Shown here piece by piece: positions 1 to 8,006 of a stretch of DNA of 20,738 bases. The stretch is from an uncultured archaeon. GTDB taxonomy: Archaea; Asgardarchaeota; Heimdallarchaeia; Heimdallarchaeales; Kariarchaeaceae. Below the pieces are notes generated by a model that ran no database searches, was not told the DNA's origin, and saw nothing but the letters and a program-made list of their open reading frames with translations. The stretch spans positions 1 through 20,738 of the forward strand of contig CAZYCQ010000033.1 in NCBI GenBank assembly GCA_964645535.1, given 5' to 3'. Positions within the stretch are counted from its first letter, which is position 1. Every line of letters starts with the position of its first letter. The position numbers and the translations under genes were made by a program.

Positions 1-826
1 GTAATAGGTTGAAACAGCAAAAAACCTACAATTCTTCGAGAAAATAACAGAGAGTCTCATTGACTGAGAATCCTAGTAATAGGTTGAAACTTTACAAGAA
101 GGGCATGGAGCTCATAATCTGAAAAGGGTCTCATTGACTGAGAATCCTAGTAATAGGTTGAAACGTACATGGGTAGGTAGTTGGGATAAGATTATGTCTT
201 GTCTCATTGACTGAGAATCCTAGTAATAGGTTGAAACGAAGTGTCTCGCCAATTCGGCGATCCTTTCCCGTACGTCTCATTGACTGAGAATCCTAGTAAT
301 AGGTTGAAACTAGATGAGGACAGGATCGCATCTACCGTCAGTATCAACGTCTCATTGACTGAGAATCCTAGTAATAGGTTGAAACAAATCATCCATCGTC
401 GACTATTCCATGAACAAGGCCGTCTCATTGACTGAGAATCCTAGTAATAGGTTGAAACTAGGTGGTTGGCAGGTCATTCGCCCCGTGGGGCTTCGTCTCA
501 TTGACTGAGAATCCTAGTAATAGGTTGAAACTAGGTGGTTGGCAGGTCATTCGCCCCGTGGGGCTTCGTCTCATTGACTGAGAATCCTAGTTAGGTTGAA
601 ACATTTGGCAAGTTTGTATTGGTGTCTGTCGTAATCCTAGTCTCATTGACTGAGAATCCTAGTAATAGGTTGAAACCCGTAATTTTCTAATTAACCTTGA
701 CTTAGGCTTACCGTGTCTCATTGACTGAGAATCCTAGTAATAGGTTGAAACAAATAAAAGATGGAAGAGAGACAGTCTTGCTCTGGAATGTCTCATTGAC
801 TGAGAATCCTAGTAATAGGTTGAAAT
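1..826 (+). CRISPR. CRISPR array, trailer end (truncated at the window start)
   Basis: Repeat GTCTCATTGACTGAGAATCCTAGTAATAGGTTGAAAC (37 bp). A partial copy lies at 1-15 and full copies start at 54, 128, 201, 274, 349, 422, 495, 568 (2-nt deletion), 640, 715 and 790 (last base C>T). There are 11 spacers of 36-38 bp. The GAAAC 3' end and the degenerate last repeat suggest + orientation with the leader outside the window. No cas genes are in the window, so the subtype is not assigned. Confidence 0.98.
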
Positions 827-989
827 GATCGCCTCCCTCGGGAGATCAAAAACGACTGAAGAGCATGTATTTGGCTAGCAAGGTCATTTTTCCATGTCAC
901 TGCATTCAATGGCAATGTTTCCACTAATCTTTGACTGATGGTGCAGTCAACATCAAAACACTATTATATTTTTAAAAATTTAAAAATGT

Positions 990-1556
990 ATGCCGGTTGG
1001 CAATAATCAGTTGATTGAAACCCTATACCATCAGGGGTATACATTTGACCATTACAGCAAGAACATGACGCAAGGGCATGAACGATATAGGATGGCAATG
1101 GAGTCCATTGAAGAATATTCGGATGAGATGAATTTGGATCATCTGAGGGTTCCTCTCAGGTTTCTTGTCATTGCACAGCTTGATTGTACCGATTGTGCGG
1201 TTGCAGTACCTGCTTTTGCCACCCTTGCGGCAAAGATAGATGAATGGGATTACAGAATTGTGTATAAGGATGAAATGGCTCAGACACTTGATTATCAGGA
1301 AACGTTTGGAGTTGGGGGCAAGCAGACAGTTCCTCAAATCTTGATTCTTGACACAGATCTTCGTCATATCACTCGATGGTTCGACAAGTCGTATTCCAAG
1401 AAACGTTTGCTGAAAAAGTACACAGATATGGGTTTGGTCGGCAAAGAAAGAAAGGAAAAGATTGCGGAGACACCTGAACTGAACATCAGATACGAGGCGA
1501 AAATGGTGATTTCGGAGATCATCTCTTTGGTGCAGAAGGCTGTCTATTATCTTTAG
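990..1556 (+). CDS. Thioredoxin-like protein (Thioredoxin_9-like)
   Basis: CxxC motif (DCTDC) after a beta strand, then AVAVPAF, and a cis-Pro-like GGKQTVPQILILD motif. AT-rich TATA-like sequence lies just upstream. Confidence 0.8.
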   Translation: MPVGNNQLIETLYHQGYTFDHYSKNMTQGHERYRMAMESIEEYSDEMNLDHLRVPLRFLVIAQLDCTDCAVAVPAFATLAAKIDEWDYRIVYKDEMAQTLDYQETFGVGGKQTVPQILILDTDLRHITRWFDKSYSKKRLLKKYTDMGLVGKERKEKIAETPELNIRYEAKMVISEIISLVQKAVYYL

Positions 1557-1606
1557 AGGTGAAGTTGATATCCTGAAAAAGAACGAACGAATTTGTTTTG
1601 GAAACA

Positions 1607-2260
1607 CTAAAGTTTAGAAATCTCGATTCTGCAAAATTCATGCCCCATGGCAATGCATTGGGTTTCCTTTCCATCATATTTTCGGGCTTCCTTGAAGAGT
1701 CTGTCATAGAGAATATCATCAAGTTCAGGTTTCTGCGAGATATCTGCATGAAACACCAGACTCATCAATGCAATGGAAGCACCAAGGGCAAGATAGCATT
1801 TGGGGCTTTCGGCATGGGTTCCATACCTTCTTAGATATGCATCCCCTTCATAGGAGTTCTTGATTTCGATTATGAGCTTTTCTTCGGACACTTCAATGAT
1901 TTTGTAGACTCCCCATCCGAGCACGTTGATGACTGCGACCATGCCTCTTACCCAATCCTCACGTTCCTCGATCAGTGGAACCACAACCGCTTCAAATTCA
2001 TCACTTTTCATGATTCCTCCGAAGGTATTGAACCCGCAGACATGGCCTGCTTCAATTAGGAGTTGTCTTGCGGCTTCAATCACTTCCGGATCATTCTGCA
2101 TCAGATCTCCGAACATCTTTTCGAATTCAAAGGATATCTCCGCATAATAGTCTCCCTGAATTTTCGTAAGATAGACTCCAAAGGCAGGTATGAGGCCATT
2201 CTCGTCATTGGTGATCTCTGCCTTGCTGAATTGCTGTGTAACATAGTCCATATCGATCAT
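1607..2260 (-). CDS. V4R (4-vinyl reductase / Bet3-like fold) domain protein B
   Basis: Motifs LGWG, CYLALG and ETQCIAMGHEFCRIEI (V4R C...ExxC...C pattern). ATGA overlap with the upstream gene and a GAGGTGA RBS at 2265-2271. Confidence 0.85.
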   Translation of the reverse strand: MIDMDYVTQQFSKAEITNDENGLIPAFGVYLTKIQGDYYAEISFEFEKMFGDLMQNDPEVIEAARQLLIEAGHVCGFNTFGGIMKSDEFEAVVVPLIEEREDWVRGMVAVINVLGWGVYKIIEVSEEKLIIEIKNSYEGDAYLRRYGTHAESPKCYLALGASIALMSLVFHADISQKPELDDILYDRLFKEARKYDGKETQCIAMGHEFCRIEISKL

Positions 2261-2745
2261 GGTCTCACCTCAAAAATACAGTCATTGTATTTATCCGGAT
2301 CCATTGAAATGCATTCGGTCTCGATGAATCTTTTGGGTTCATCAGTCAGGATCTCTGCAGCTGCCCTGATGTATCCTGTGGCGAACAGACAGGTTCCGCT
2401 GCCCTGTGGTCCGAATTTGTAGAAGCAGTTGAGGGCATAATGGGAGTTGGAAACAACAGCTTTTCCTTGATCCAATTGGCTGAGGTCAAGAATTCCCAAG
2501 CCTAGGTTGGCAAAAACTTCCTCAATTTCTTTACGTTTGTCATCCACGTCACGGAGGATTTCCATGAGCATTTCTTTGTTGATTCTTTCACTTACATTGA
2601 TCTGAACCTCTATCATCTTTTCTCCCATGGCATCGTTCAATGTCCGTTGAAGGAAGGTGTTGTAGTGGTTGCAATGGAAAACAGCTCTTTTTCCTCCTAT
2701 GAGCAATTCTCCTGTGTTTAGGTCGAGTTTGAATTCTGCCATCAT
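2257..2745 (-). CDS. V4R domain protein A
   Basis: Motifs GELLIGGKRAVFHCNHYN, LGLG, CLFATGYIRAA and ETECIS...CIFEV. ATGA overlaps at both ends and an AGGAGG RBS at 2751-2756. Confidence 0.85.
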   Translation of the reverse strand: MMAEFKLDLNTGELLIGGKRAVFHCNHYNTFLQRTLNDAMGEKMIEVQINVSERINKEMLMEILRDVDDKRKEIEEVFANLGLGILDLSQLDQGKAVVSNSHYALNCFYKFGPQGSGTCLFATGYIRAAAEILTDEPKRFIETECISMDPDKYNDCIFEVRP

Positions 2746-2984
2746 AGTTTCCTCCTGATAAAGTTGCGCAGGCGCATGAACCTGGACTTTGATTTTGTCG
2801 GTTCCACAAATTCAAAACCTAGCTCATCGATGCTACGTTTAACTAGGCTGATGACTTCTGGGGTGTCATCGATTGAAGTTGCTCTCGATTTTGAGATCTT
2901 TGTCTTCACAATCAACCGATAGAGCCCGATTTTTCCATATTGCTGTTCAATACTATTGTAGATTTGTTCTAGTTCTTTTCCCAT
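2742..2984 (-). CDS. Small hypothetical helical protein with a basic C-terminal tail
   Basis: Overlaps both neighbours in the operon and has a GGAGG RBS at 2992-2996. The tail is SKSRFMRLRNFIRRKL. Confidence 0.75.
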   Translation of the reverse strand: MGKELEQIYNSIEQQYGKIGLYRLIVKTKISKSRATSIDDTPEVISLVKRSIDELGFEFVEPTKSKSRFMRLRNFIRRKL

Positions 2985-3268
2985 ATTGTTTCCTCCAGAA
3001 ATTCAAGTAATGCATTTTCAAACCTTGAAATCCACATTTCTTTTCCCTGATGCACTTTGTAGGTGACCGTCAAAGAATTTCCATCTAATGGTGCAGTGAC
3101 ATGAAGGTACTTGCTTCTGTAAATGAGAAGCTTGTTTGCAAAAATTGAACCCTTTCCTCCGAACTTTCTGAGAAGTATTTCTTCGAGTGAATTGTTGGGT
3201 GCAATTCCGTGGTATCGGTATTTTGCAAATCCGAAACAATCTTTCAGGGGAAACCGTTCCAATTTCAC
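2969..3268 (-). CDS. Small hypothetical protein (~99 aa)
   Basis: Fills the gap between operon genes. The GTG at 3268 gives a GTGA overlap with the upstream stop, with AAGGTGG upstream. TTG at 3271 is the alternative start. Confidence 0.7.
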   Translation of the reverse strand: MKLERFPLKDCFGFAKYRYHGIAPNNSLEEILLRKFGGKGSIFANKLLIYRSKYLHVTAPLDGNSLTVTYKVHQGKEMWISRFENALLEFLEETIWEKN

Positions 3269-4608
3269 CAATTGACCACCTTCTTTTCGACCTGTTTTCC
3301 TCCATATTGCGGATTTGCTCTGCCAAGCAGGGTTTTTATGATCTTTTCATCATAAGGAAGAGATTTGATCAATGTATTTCTATCTGCTCCACGCCCTATC
3401 TTCAACAGGATGTCGTCCACTGTTTCCCATATGCCATGAACGAATTCCGATAGGCTTCGAAAAACATTGTCCGATTTATTTTCCCCAATTATCCGGTCTA
3501 TTTCCTTGATGAAAAACCTGTATGGCTTAATGGACGGGTTGAGTTCCAAGTTATCTGTATCAAGAATGATGTAGCCCAGATCCTTTGCCAACTCAATATC
3601 CATTTCTGTCTGCAAGAGCATAATTCTTGCAGGTGCTTCTGGCTTGAACTCATTGCTTATATCATAAATGCCTGTAATGGAAGAAATGAAGAAAACCATC
3701 TGTTTTGCGACTTCATCCGTTCCCACAATTGCCAAAGACCGCCCTTGAACTATTGCCGTAAGGATGGATGGAAGGACTGGCTTAGTCATTTCAAAGAACA
3801 AGGTTGGATCCGTGATTTCAATGTCTCCGAAATAATCCCCTTCCAAACTTTGTAGAATGGAAGTGGCTAATTCATGGAGGATTTTTTCGGCTTCGAGGAT
3901 GTCCTTTGTTTCTTCTTCCCAATAAGCCCCATACCTTTCAAGATGTTCATTGGCAAAAATAATGAGTTTGTGCCTGTAAGAAAGGAAGTCAATAAATCGA
4001 AACTCATTGAAAAGCAAGGCAAGAACTTGAACCGAATCTCCTTTTTTCCGAGTAATGAAAGAACATTGTCTTTTCTCATCTATTGGTACAAAGACAATTG
4101 CATCCTCAAACTTCTCCATTTTCGAAAGATGTGCTGAAATGATGCTATTGAGATTGGTATCTCCCTGAAACGTCAGTTCCTTCAATCCCTCGCTTTTTGA
4201 GAAAAGATAGATGATGGGGATGAGATCATCCCGTGAATAGATCTTGAAGAAATCTTCTGAAATTCTGTCAAGGTAGTCTTTTGCAATATCGGGCAATTCA
4301 GTACCTTCGCTGGGAAATGATTGGAGAAAATGTCTGATATATTCCAAAAGGTTCACTGCAAGCCTTTCCTTTGACCCTTCTCCCAAAATGAATATGAAAT
4401 AATCCTCCATTTCCCTTGCGAAAATGGTGTGCTGATTTGTCACTATCTTTTTTGAACGGTTGGAATCAAATTCACTGATGACTTGGTTGACAACCGTCAT
4501 CAACCCTGAAAAGAGATAGGCCTTTGAATCGCTTTCTTTGATGCTTGAATTCATGTAGAGAGGCAACCCTGATTTGCGATCAACAACAAGAATGTGTATT
4601 TCCTTCAT
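3265..4608 (-). CDS. Longin + DENN-like multidomain protein
   Basis: aa 1-120 show an Asgard-type longin pattern (HILVVDRKSGLPLY...LFSGLMTVVNQVISE). aa ~130-255 form a second longin/uDENN-like block (IYLFSKSEG). aa ~270-355 are cDENN-like (ILTAIVQGRSLAIVG...YIILDTDN), and the C-terminus is helical. The ORF is secure; the DENN call is by pattern recognition only. Confidence 0.65.
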   Translation of the reverse strand: MKEIHILVVDRKSGLPLYMNSSIKESDSKAYLFSGLMTVVNQVISEFDSNRSKKIVTNQHTIFAREMEDYFIFILGEGSKERLAVNLLEYIRHFLQSFPSEGTELPDIAKDYLDRISEDFFKIYSRDDLIPIIYLFSKSEGLKELTFQGDTNLNSIISAHLSKMEKFEDAIVFVPIDEKRQCSFITRKKGDSVQVLALLFNEFRFIDFLSYRHKLIIFANEHLERYGAYWEEETKDILEAEKILHELATSILQSLEGDYFGDIEITDPTLFFEMTKPVLPSILTAIVQGRSLAIVGTDEVAKQMVFFISSITGIYDISNEFKPEAPARIMLLQTEMDIELAKDLGYIILDTDNLELNPSIKPYRFFIKEIDRIIGENKSDNVFRSLSEFVHGIWETVDDILLKIGRGADRNTLIKSLPYDEKIIKTLLGRANPQYGGKQVEKKVVNW

Positions 4609-4858
4609 TCTTACTTATTTAAAAAATATAATTGTTCCATATAAATGTCTTCTAGAATTTTCTCTGTTTTGATCCCTATTTCGCCAATTGTTTGCTTATT
4701 ATGTACCTCTGCAACACAGTTATGAAGGAAAAATAAATAATTTGTTTAGGAATTGGCAAGATATGGGTCGTTTGATTGCGTTGCTGCTGATGTTTTACCA
4801 CGTTGAAAGAATTAGCTGATCACTTACGGGAAGTACTTCAACAGCTCAATGTCAGATT

Positions 4859-6652
4859 TCATTTTCCTCGGGTATTGCCAAGAAATGCATTCCATGCAAA
4901 TTTGTAGAGACCCTTTCTTAGGTTTTCATATTTCATTCTCATTTTTTCTGGCCATTCATCCGTGTTTGACTTGAGTAGCTCATATATGGTATCTGCTTTT
5001 TCATTTTCATTATATGGAAGATTCCAATCAGCTTCCAAATATGGGTGATGAATCTTTGATTCCGCCAGGATACTTTTTGACTTGGCAAGGCGGATATTGT
5101 TTTCTATATGCCTATTGGTCATTTCATGCTCTCCATTACTGGAATCCTTGTCATAAATGACATAAAAGGGAATCCTGGCATGTATGAGCAGTTTTGTGAA
5201 GAACGGCATGGAGAACTTCCCCCCCGTTGAAATGAGTTGACATCCCAATTCATCGAAATTCATGGGTTTTGCAATTTTCCTATTTATTTTCATGTCACCC
5301 ACATCATCTATGGGATGCTTGTTCATATGCGTCAATATCAATTTCTCTGTCGCTCCTTCATATAGAATGACTGATTTGGCAAAGAAAATCTCATTCTGGG
5401 CATCTCCCATCCATTTGAGATAACGTATCTGTTCCTTATCGTTTTCTGTGACTTTGGGAAGCGTATAGATGGATGCCTCCGTTCCTTGTTTCCTTACCAC
5501 CCGAATGCTTTGTGGATGTTCGAGATCAACAAAAACAGGACTATGGGAGGAATAAATGACTTGACCTCTTTCTGCCAATTCTTTCAATGTTTTCAACATG
5601 ACTCTCTGGGCTTGGGGATGAAGATACAACTCTGGCTCTTCAACGAGAAAAATTGTGGATTTGGTGCTGTCGGCCTTTAGATTATCTAGGAAATATCGGA
5701 GAAGTGCCCAAATAATGGCACGTTGGGCACCATGTCCTTTTCCGGTAACTGGGGTCTTTACCCCATCATCAAGGTGGATGACAAAATTATTTAACAGGAA
5801 ATCCGATACTTCAGGAACAGAAAAGTTTAGTGAAACCCTTGTTGGCAGGATTTCCTGTATATATCCTGTAAGGCTTTCCTCGAATTCCACAATGTCTTTG
5901 ACTCTTCTATTTGCATCCGGACTGAAAATCCGTTTGGTTAGATTTTCATATTGCATTTTGAATCTTTTATAATCTGTATTCTCCTCCAGCTTCTGGAAGA
6001 CATTTTGAAGCATAAGACCGAAAAAGTTGGTTTTTTTGTATTCAGTATGCTTCTCAATATTCTCAAATGCAGGAATATAAAGGGAGCTTGGAAGAAAAGG
6101 TTCAAGATCTTTGGTCTTAATGTCAATCCACTTCGTTCCCTGTGGTTTTAGTTTTGCATCCATGAGGTACTTTGTCAGCAGTTCTTTGGTTTCACCAACC
6201 CTTGTACATCCAGAGAATTCCTGCGGTAATTTGTTTTCCTCAGTAGCTCTCTTGTAATCCTTTAATGTTTTTGTATTTACATTGAAGGGATTGAGTAATG
6301 GATTTCCATAATCTGGAATGGCAACTTGATATTCGGTTATGACGTTTCCCTCATTTCTTCCTATTTTTCGGATCTTTAGAGATTCAATCGGCACACCTAA
6401 GGCTTCACTGACTGTCTTTCTCTCTTCTGGCGTCAATGCAAAGGTTCCACATATTTCCAATTCTGCTGATCTGTGAAGATGAAAATCATCTTCCACAAAT
6501 TTGCTTTTTGTCTCGATCAATTTCTGAATTGCTTGGAGAACTGTCGATTTTCCTGAAGAGTTGGTTCCGACAAATGCCGTGATCTTTTCCAATTCAATGG
6601 TAGCTTCCTTAAATCCTCTGAAATTATTTAGTTCAATGCTAGAAAGGTTCAA
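4859..6652 (-). CDS. OLD-family ATP-dependent endonuclease (ABC-type ATPase + TOPRIM)
   Basis: Walker A GTNSSGKST, signature GHGAQ, Walker B/D-loop LVEEPELYLHP and H-loop SSHSP. TOPRIM motifs YEGATE, YDKD and YLEAD. TTG start with a GGAGGGTGA RBS-like sequence. Confidence 0.92.
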   Translation of the reverse strand: MNLSSIELNNFRGFKEATIELEKITAFVGTNSSGKSTVLQAIQKLIETKSKFVEDDFHLHRSAELEICGTFALTPEERKTVSEALGVPIESLKIRKIGRNEGNVITEYQVAIPDYGNPLLNPFNVNTKTLKDYKRATEENKLPQEFSGCTRVGETKELLTKYLMDAKLKPQGTKWIDIKTKDLEPFLPSSLYIPAFENIEKHTEYKKTNFFGLMLQNVFQKLEENTDYKRFKMQYENLTKRIFSPDANRRVKDIVEFEESLTGYIQEILPTRVSLNFSVPEVSDFLLNNFVIHLDDGVKTPVTGKGHGAQRAIIWALLRYFLDNLKADSTKSTIFLVEEPELYLHPQAQRVMLKTLKELAERGQVIYSSHSPVFVDLEHPQSIRVVRKQGTEASIYTLPKVTENDKEQIRYLKWMGDAQNEIFFAKSVILYEGATEKLILTHMNKHPIDDVGDMKINRKIAKPMNFDELGCQLISTGGKFSMPFFTKLLIHARIPFYVIYDKDSSNGEHEMTNRHIENNIRLAKSKSILAESKIHHPYLEADWNLPYNENEKADTIYELLKSNTDEWPEKMRMKYENLRKGLYKFAWNAFLGNTRGK

Positions 6653-6735
6653 ACATCACCCTCCAAGAACATGGAGGGATGAGATCCATATAATGTTTTC
6701 CTGTCAGGTTGGGATTATTGAATACCTATACTCAA

Positions 6736-7065
6736 TTACTCAAATTCCTTTCTTCTCTTCCCACGATCTTCGACTCCTGCAATCCAAGATGTTGCCTTGG
6801 GTGACTTCAGAATCAGAATGATGATGAGCAAAAAGATTATTCCCCGTCCAATCATCCAACGTTGCAATTCTTCTGAAGGATTGCCAAATAGATAGATTGC
6901 TGCATAGACCGAAATTGCCAAGCCAGAAAATCCAACCGTCAAAAATTTCCAAAATTCATTCCACTGTTTACGACGCCTTACCTTTTTCATTTCTTGGGCA
7001 ACGATCATATCGATCTTTTCTTGTTTCATTTTTCTCTCTATGTTGGTGTATTCACGATTTTCCAT
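6736..7065 (-). CDS. Small membrane protein, hypothetical
   Basis: 109 aa with a charged N-terminus and two hydrophobic segments. A TATA-like box lies ~25-31 nt upstream of the ATG. Confidence 0.65.
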   Translation of the reverse strand: MENREYTNIERKMKQEKIDMIVAQEMKKVRRRKQWNEFWKFLTVGFSGLAISVYAAIYLFGNPSEELQRWMIGRGIIFLLIIILILKSPKATSWIAGVEDRGKRRKEFE

Positions 7066-7088
7066 AACAAATATAGACGGCTCAGATC

Positions 7089-7100
7089 TATAAAAATTTT
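7089..7100 (-). promoter_or_regulatory. Putative archaeal BRE/TATA box for 6736..7065
   Basis: The minus strand reads AAAATTTTTATAG about 24-35 nt before the ATG, with no RBS. This fits a leaderless archaeal transcript. Confidence 0.45.
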
Positions 7101-7152
7101 GAGAATTGTGATTTACGTATCATTCAGATGTTTTTTCATTACCCTATCGTGA

Positions 7153-7716
7153 TTAATGAATGAACATTATCAATGCTCCTAAAGTCAAGATGATGAAACC
7201 GATTCTAGGAACCAATTGAAGGTGATCCAACAACTTATTGACTTCCTCATCATTTTCTTTTTCAACTGCCTTGAGGACTGTCTCAATTTCATTTCTTTCA
7301 AGAATCAGGTGGAACAAATATAGCAGTGTAATTACTGAAATTGCAGTCAGAAAAAGAATATTGATCGATGTTTGAAAGAAATATGTGATATTCCACTGAG
7401 CAAAATATTCCAATGCAAGTAGCCACCCAAGAGAAACTGCCATGAACCCATTTACTGTGGCAAGTTTGAAGATTTTAGGGAATACCCTCCCCAAAACCTC
7501 ATATTTTCCGGATCTAGACATTTCATTCATGGAAGGAAGGAGGATTAGGTTGAGAAAGAATAGCATTCCCCACCATGCAAATCCAAAAAAGAGGTGGAAA
7601 GCCCTTATCCATTTGAATCCAAGAAGAAAAAGGGTGATGATAGCTAGGATCATCAAAATCCAAATGAGGAGATGTTGGCCTCCGAGGGAGATATTTTTAC
7701 GAGAATGGTGATTCAC
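7153..7716 (-). CDS. Integral membrane protein (CopD/DUF4149-like helical bundle, uncertain)
   Basis: About five hydrophobic helices, with HLFFGFAWWGMLFF...LLP resembling the H-x6-W-x-G pattern of such families. The GTG start is uncertain. Confidence 0.6.
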   Translation of the reverse strand: MNHHSRKNISLGGQHLLIWILMILAIITLFLLGFKWIRAFHLFFGFAWWGMLFFLNLILLPSMNEMSRSGKYEVLGRVFPKIFKLATVNGFMAVSLGWLLALEYFAQWNITYFFQTSINILFLTAISVITLLYLFHLILERNEIETVLKAVEKENDEEVNKLLDHLQLVPRIGFIILTLGALIMFIH

Positions 7717-8006
7717 ATATAGTATTAGGGTTTACGAAAACTTAAGGAAATTGACAAATTAAGTTATTGGCTTCCTTCTTCCAAAAATCTATTTGAAAGT
7801 ATACTATTGATTGTAATTTTCTTCTCACAGATTGGTTTCTGAAAAATCATCGAATGACAAACAAAACCTTTCCAAAAAGTTCGTAAAATAAAGTTGACCG
7901 AATTTGGCAACAAAACGGTGAACTCCATCTTGGATTTGTCGAGGATCCATGGATTGGTGCAATGGCTTCTCCGATACTTCATAAATATGTATATCAAGAA
8001 TCAATC

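Noticed and set aside
204-435. ORFs 204..428 (-) and 241..435 (+) with repeated peptides
   Set aside because: They are translations of CRISPR repeats and spacers.
931-950. Possible tracrRNA-like anti-repeat
   Set aside because: Only 7-8 nt match the repeat, too short for an anti-repeat, and the repeat looks class 1.
1023-1607. 194-aa minus-strand ORF continuing after the V4R operon
   Set aside because: It is an antisense shadow of the thioredoxin gene with no recognisable motifs or RBS.
3018-3326. 102-aa alternative-frame ORF in the operon
   Set aside because: The 2969..3268 frame has the RBS and start/stop coupling; this one is Arg/Ser/Cys-rich, as off-frame translations often are.
4859-6652. 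Calling this gajA (Gabija)
   Set aside because: There is no adjacent UvrD-like gajB gene.
7764-7997. 77-aa minus ORF between the membrane protein and DedA genes
   Set aside because: It has no motif or clear translation signals and overlaps the probable divergent promoter region. It cannot be excluded but is unsupported.
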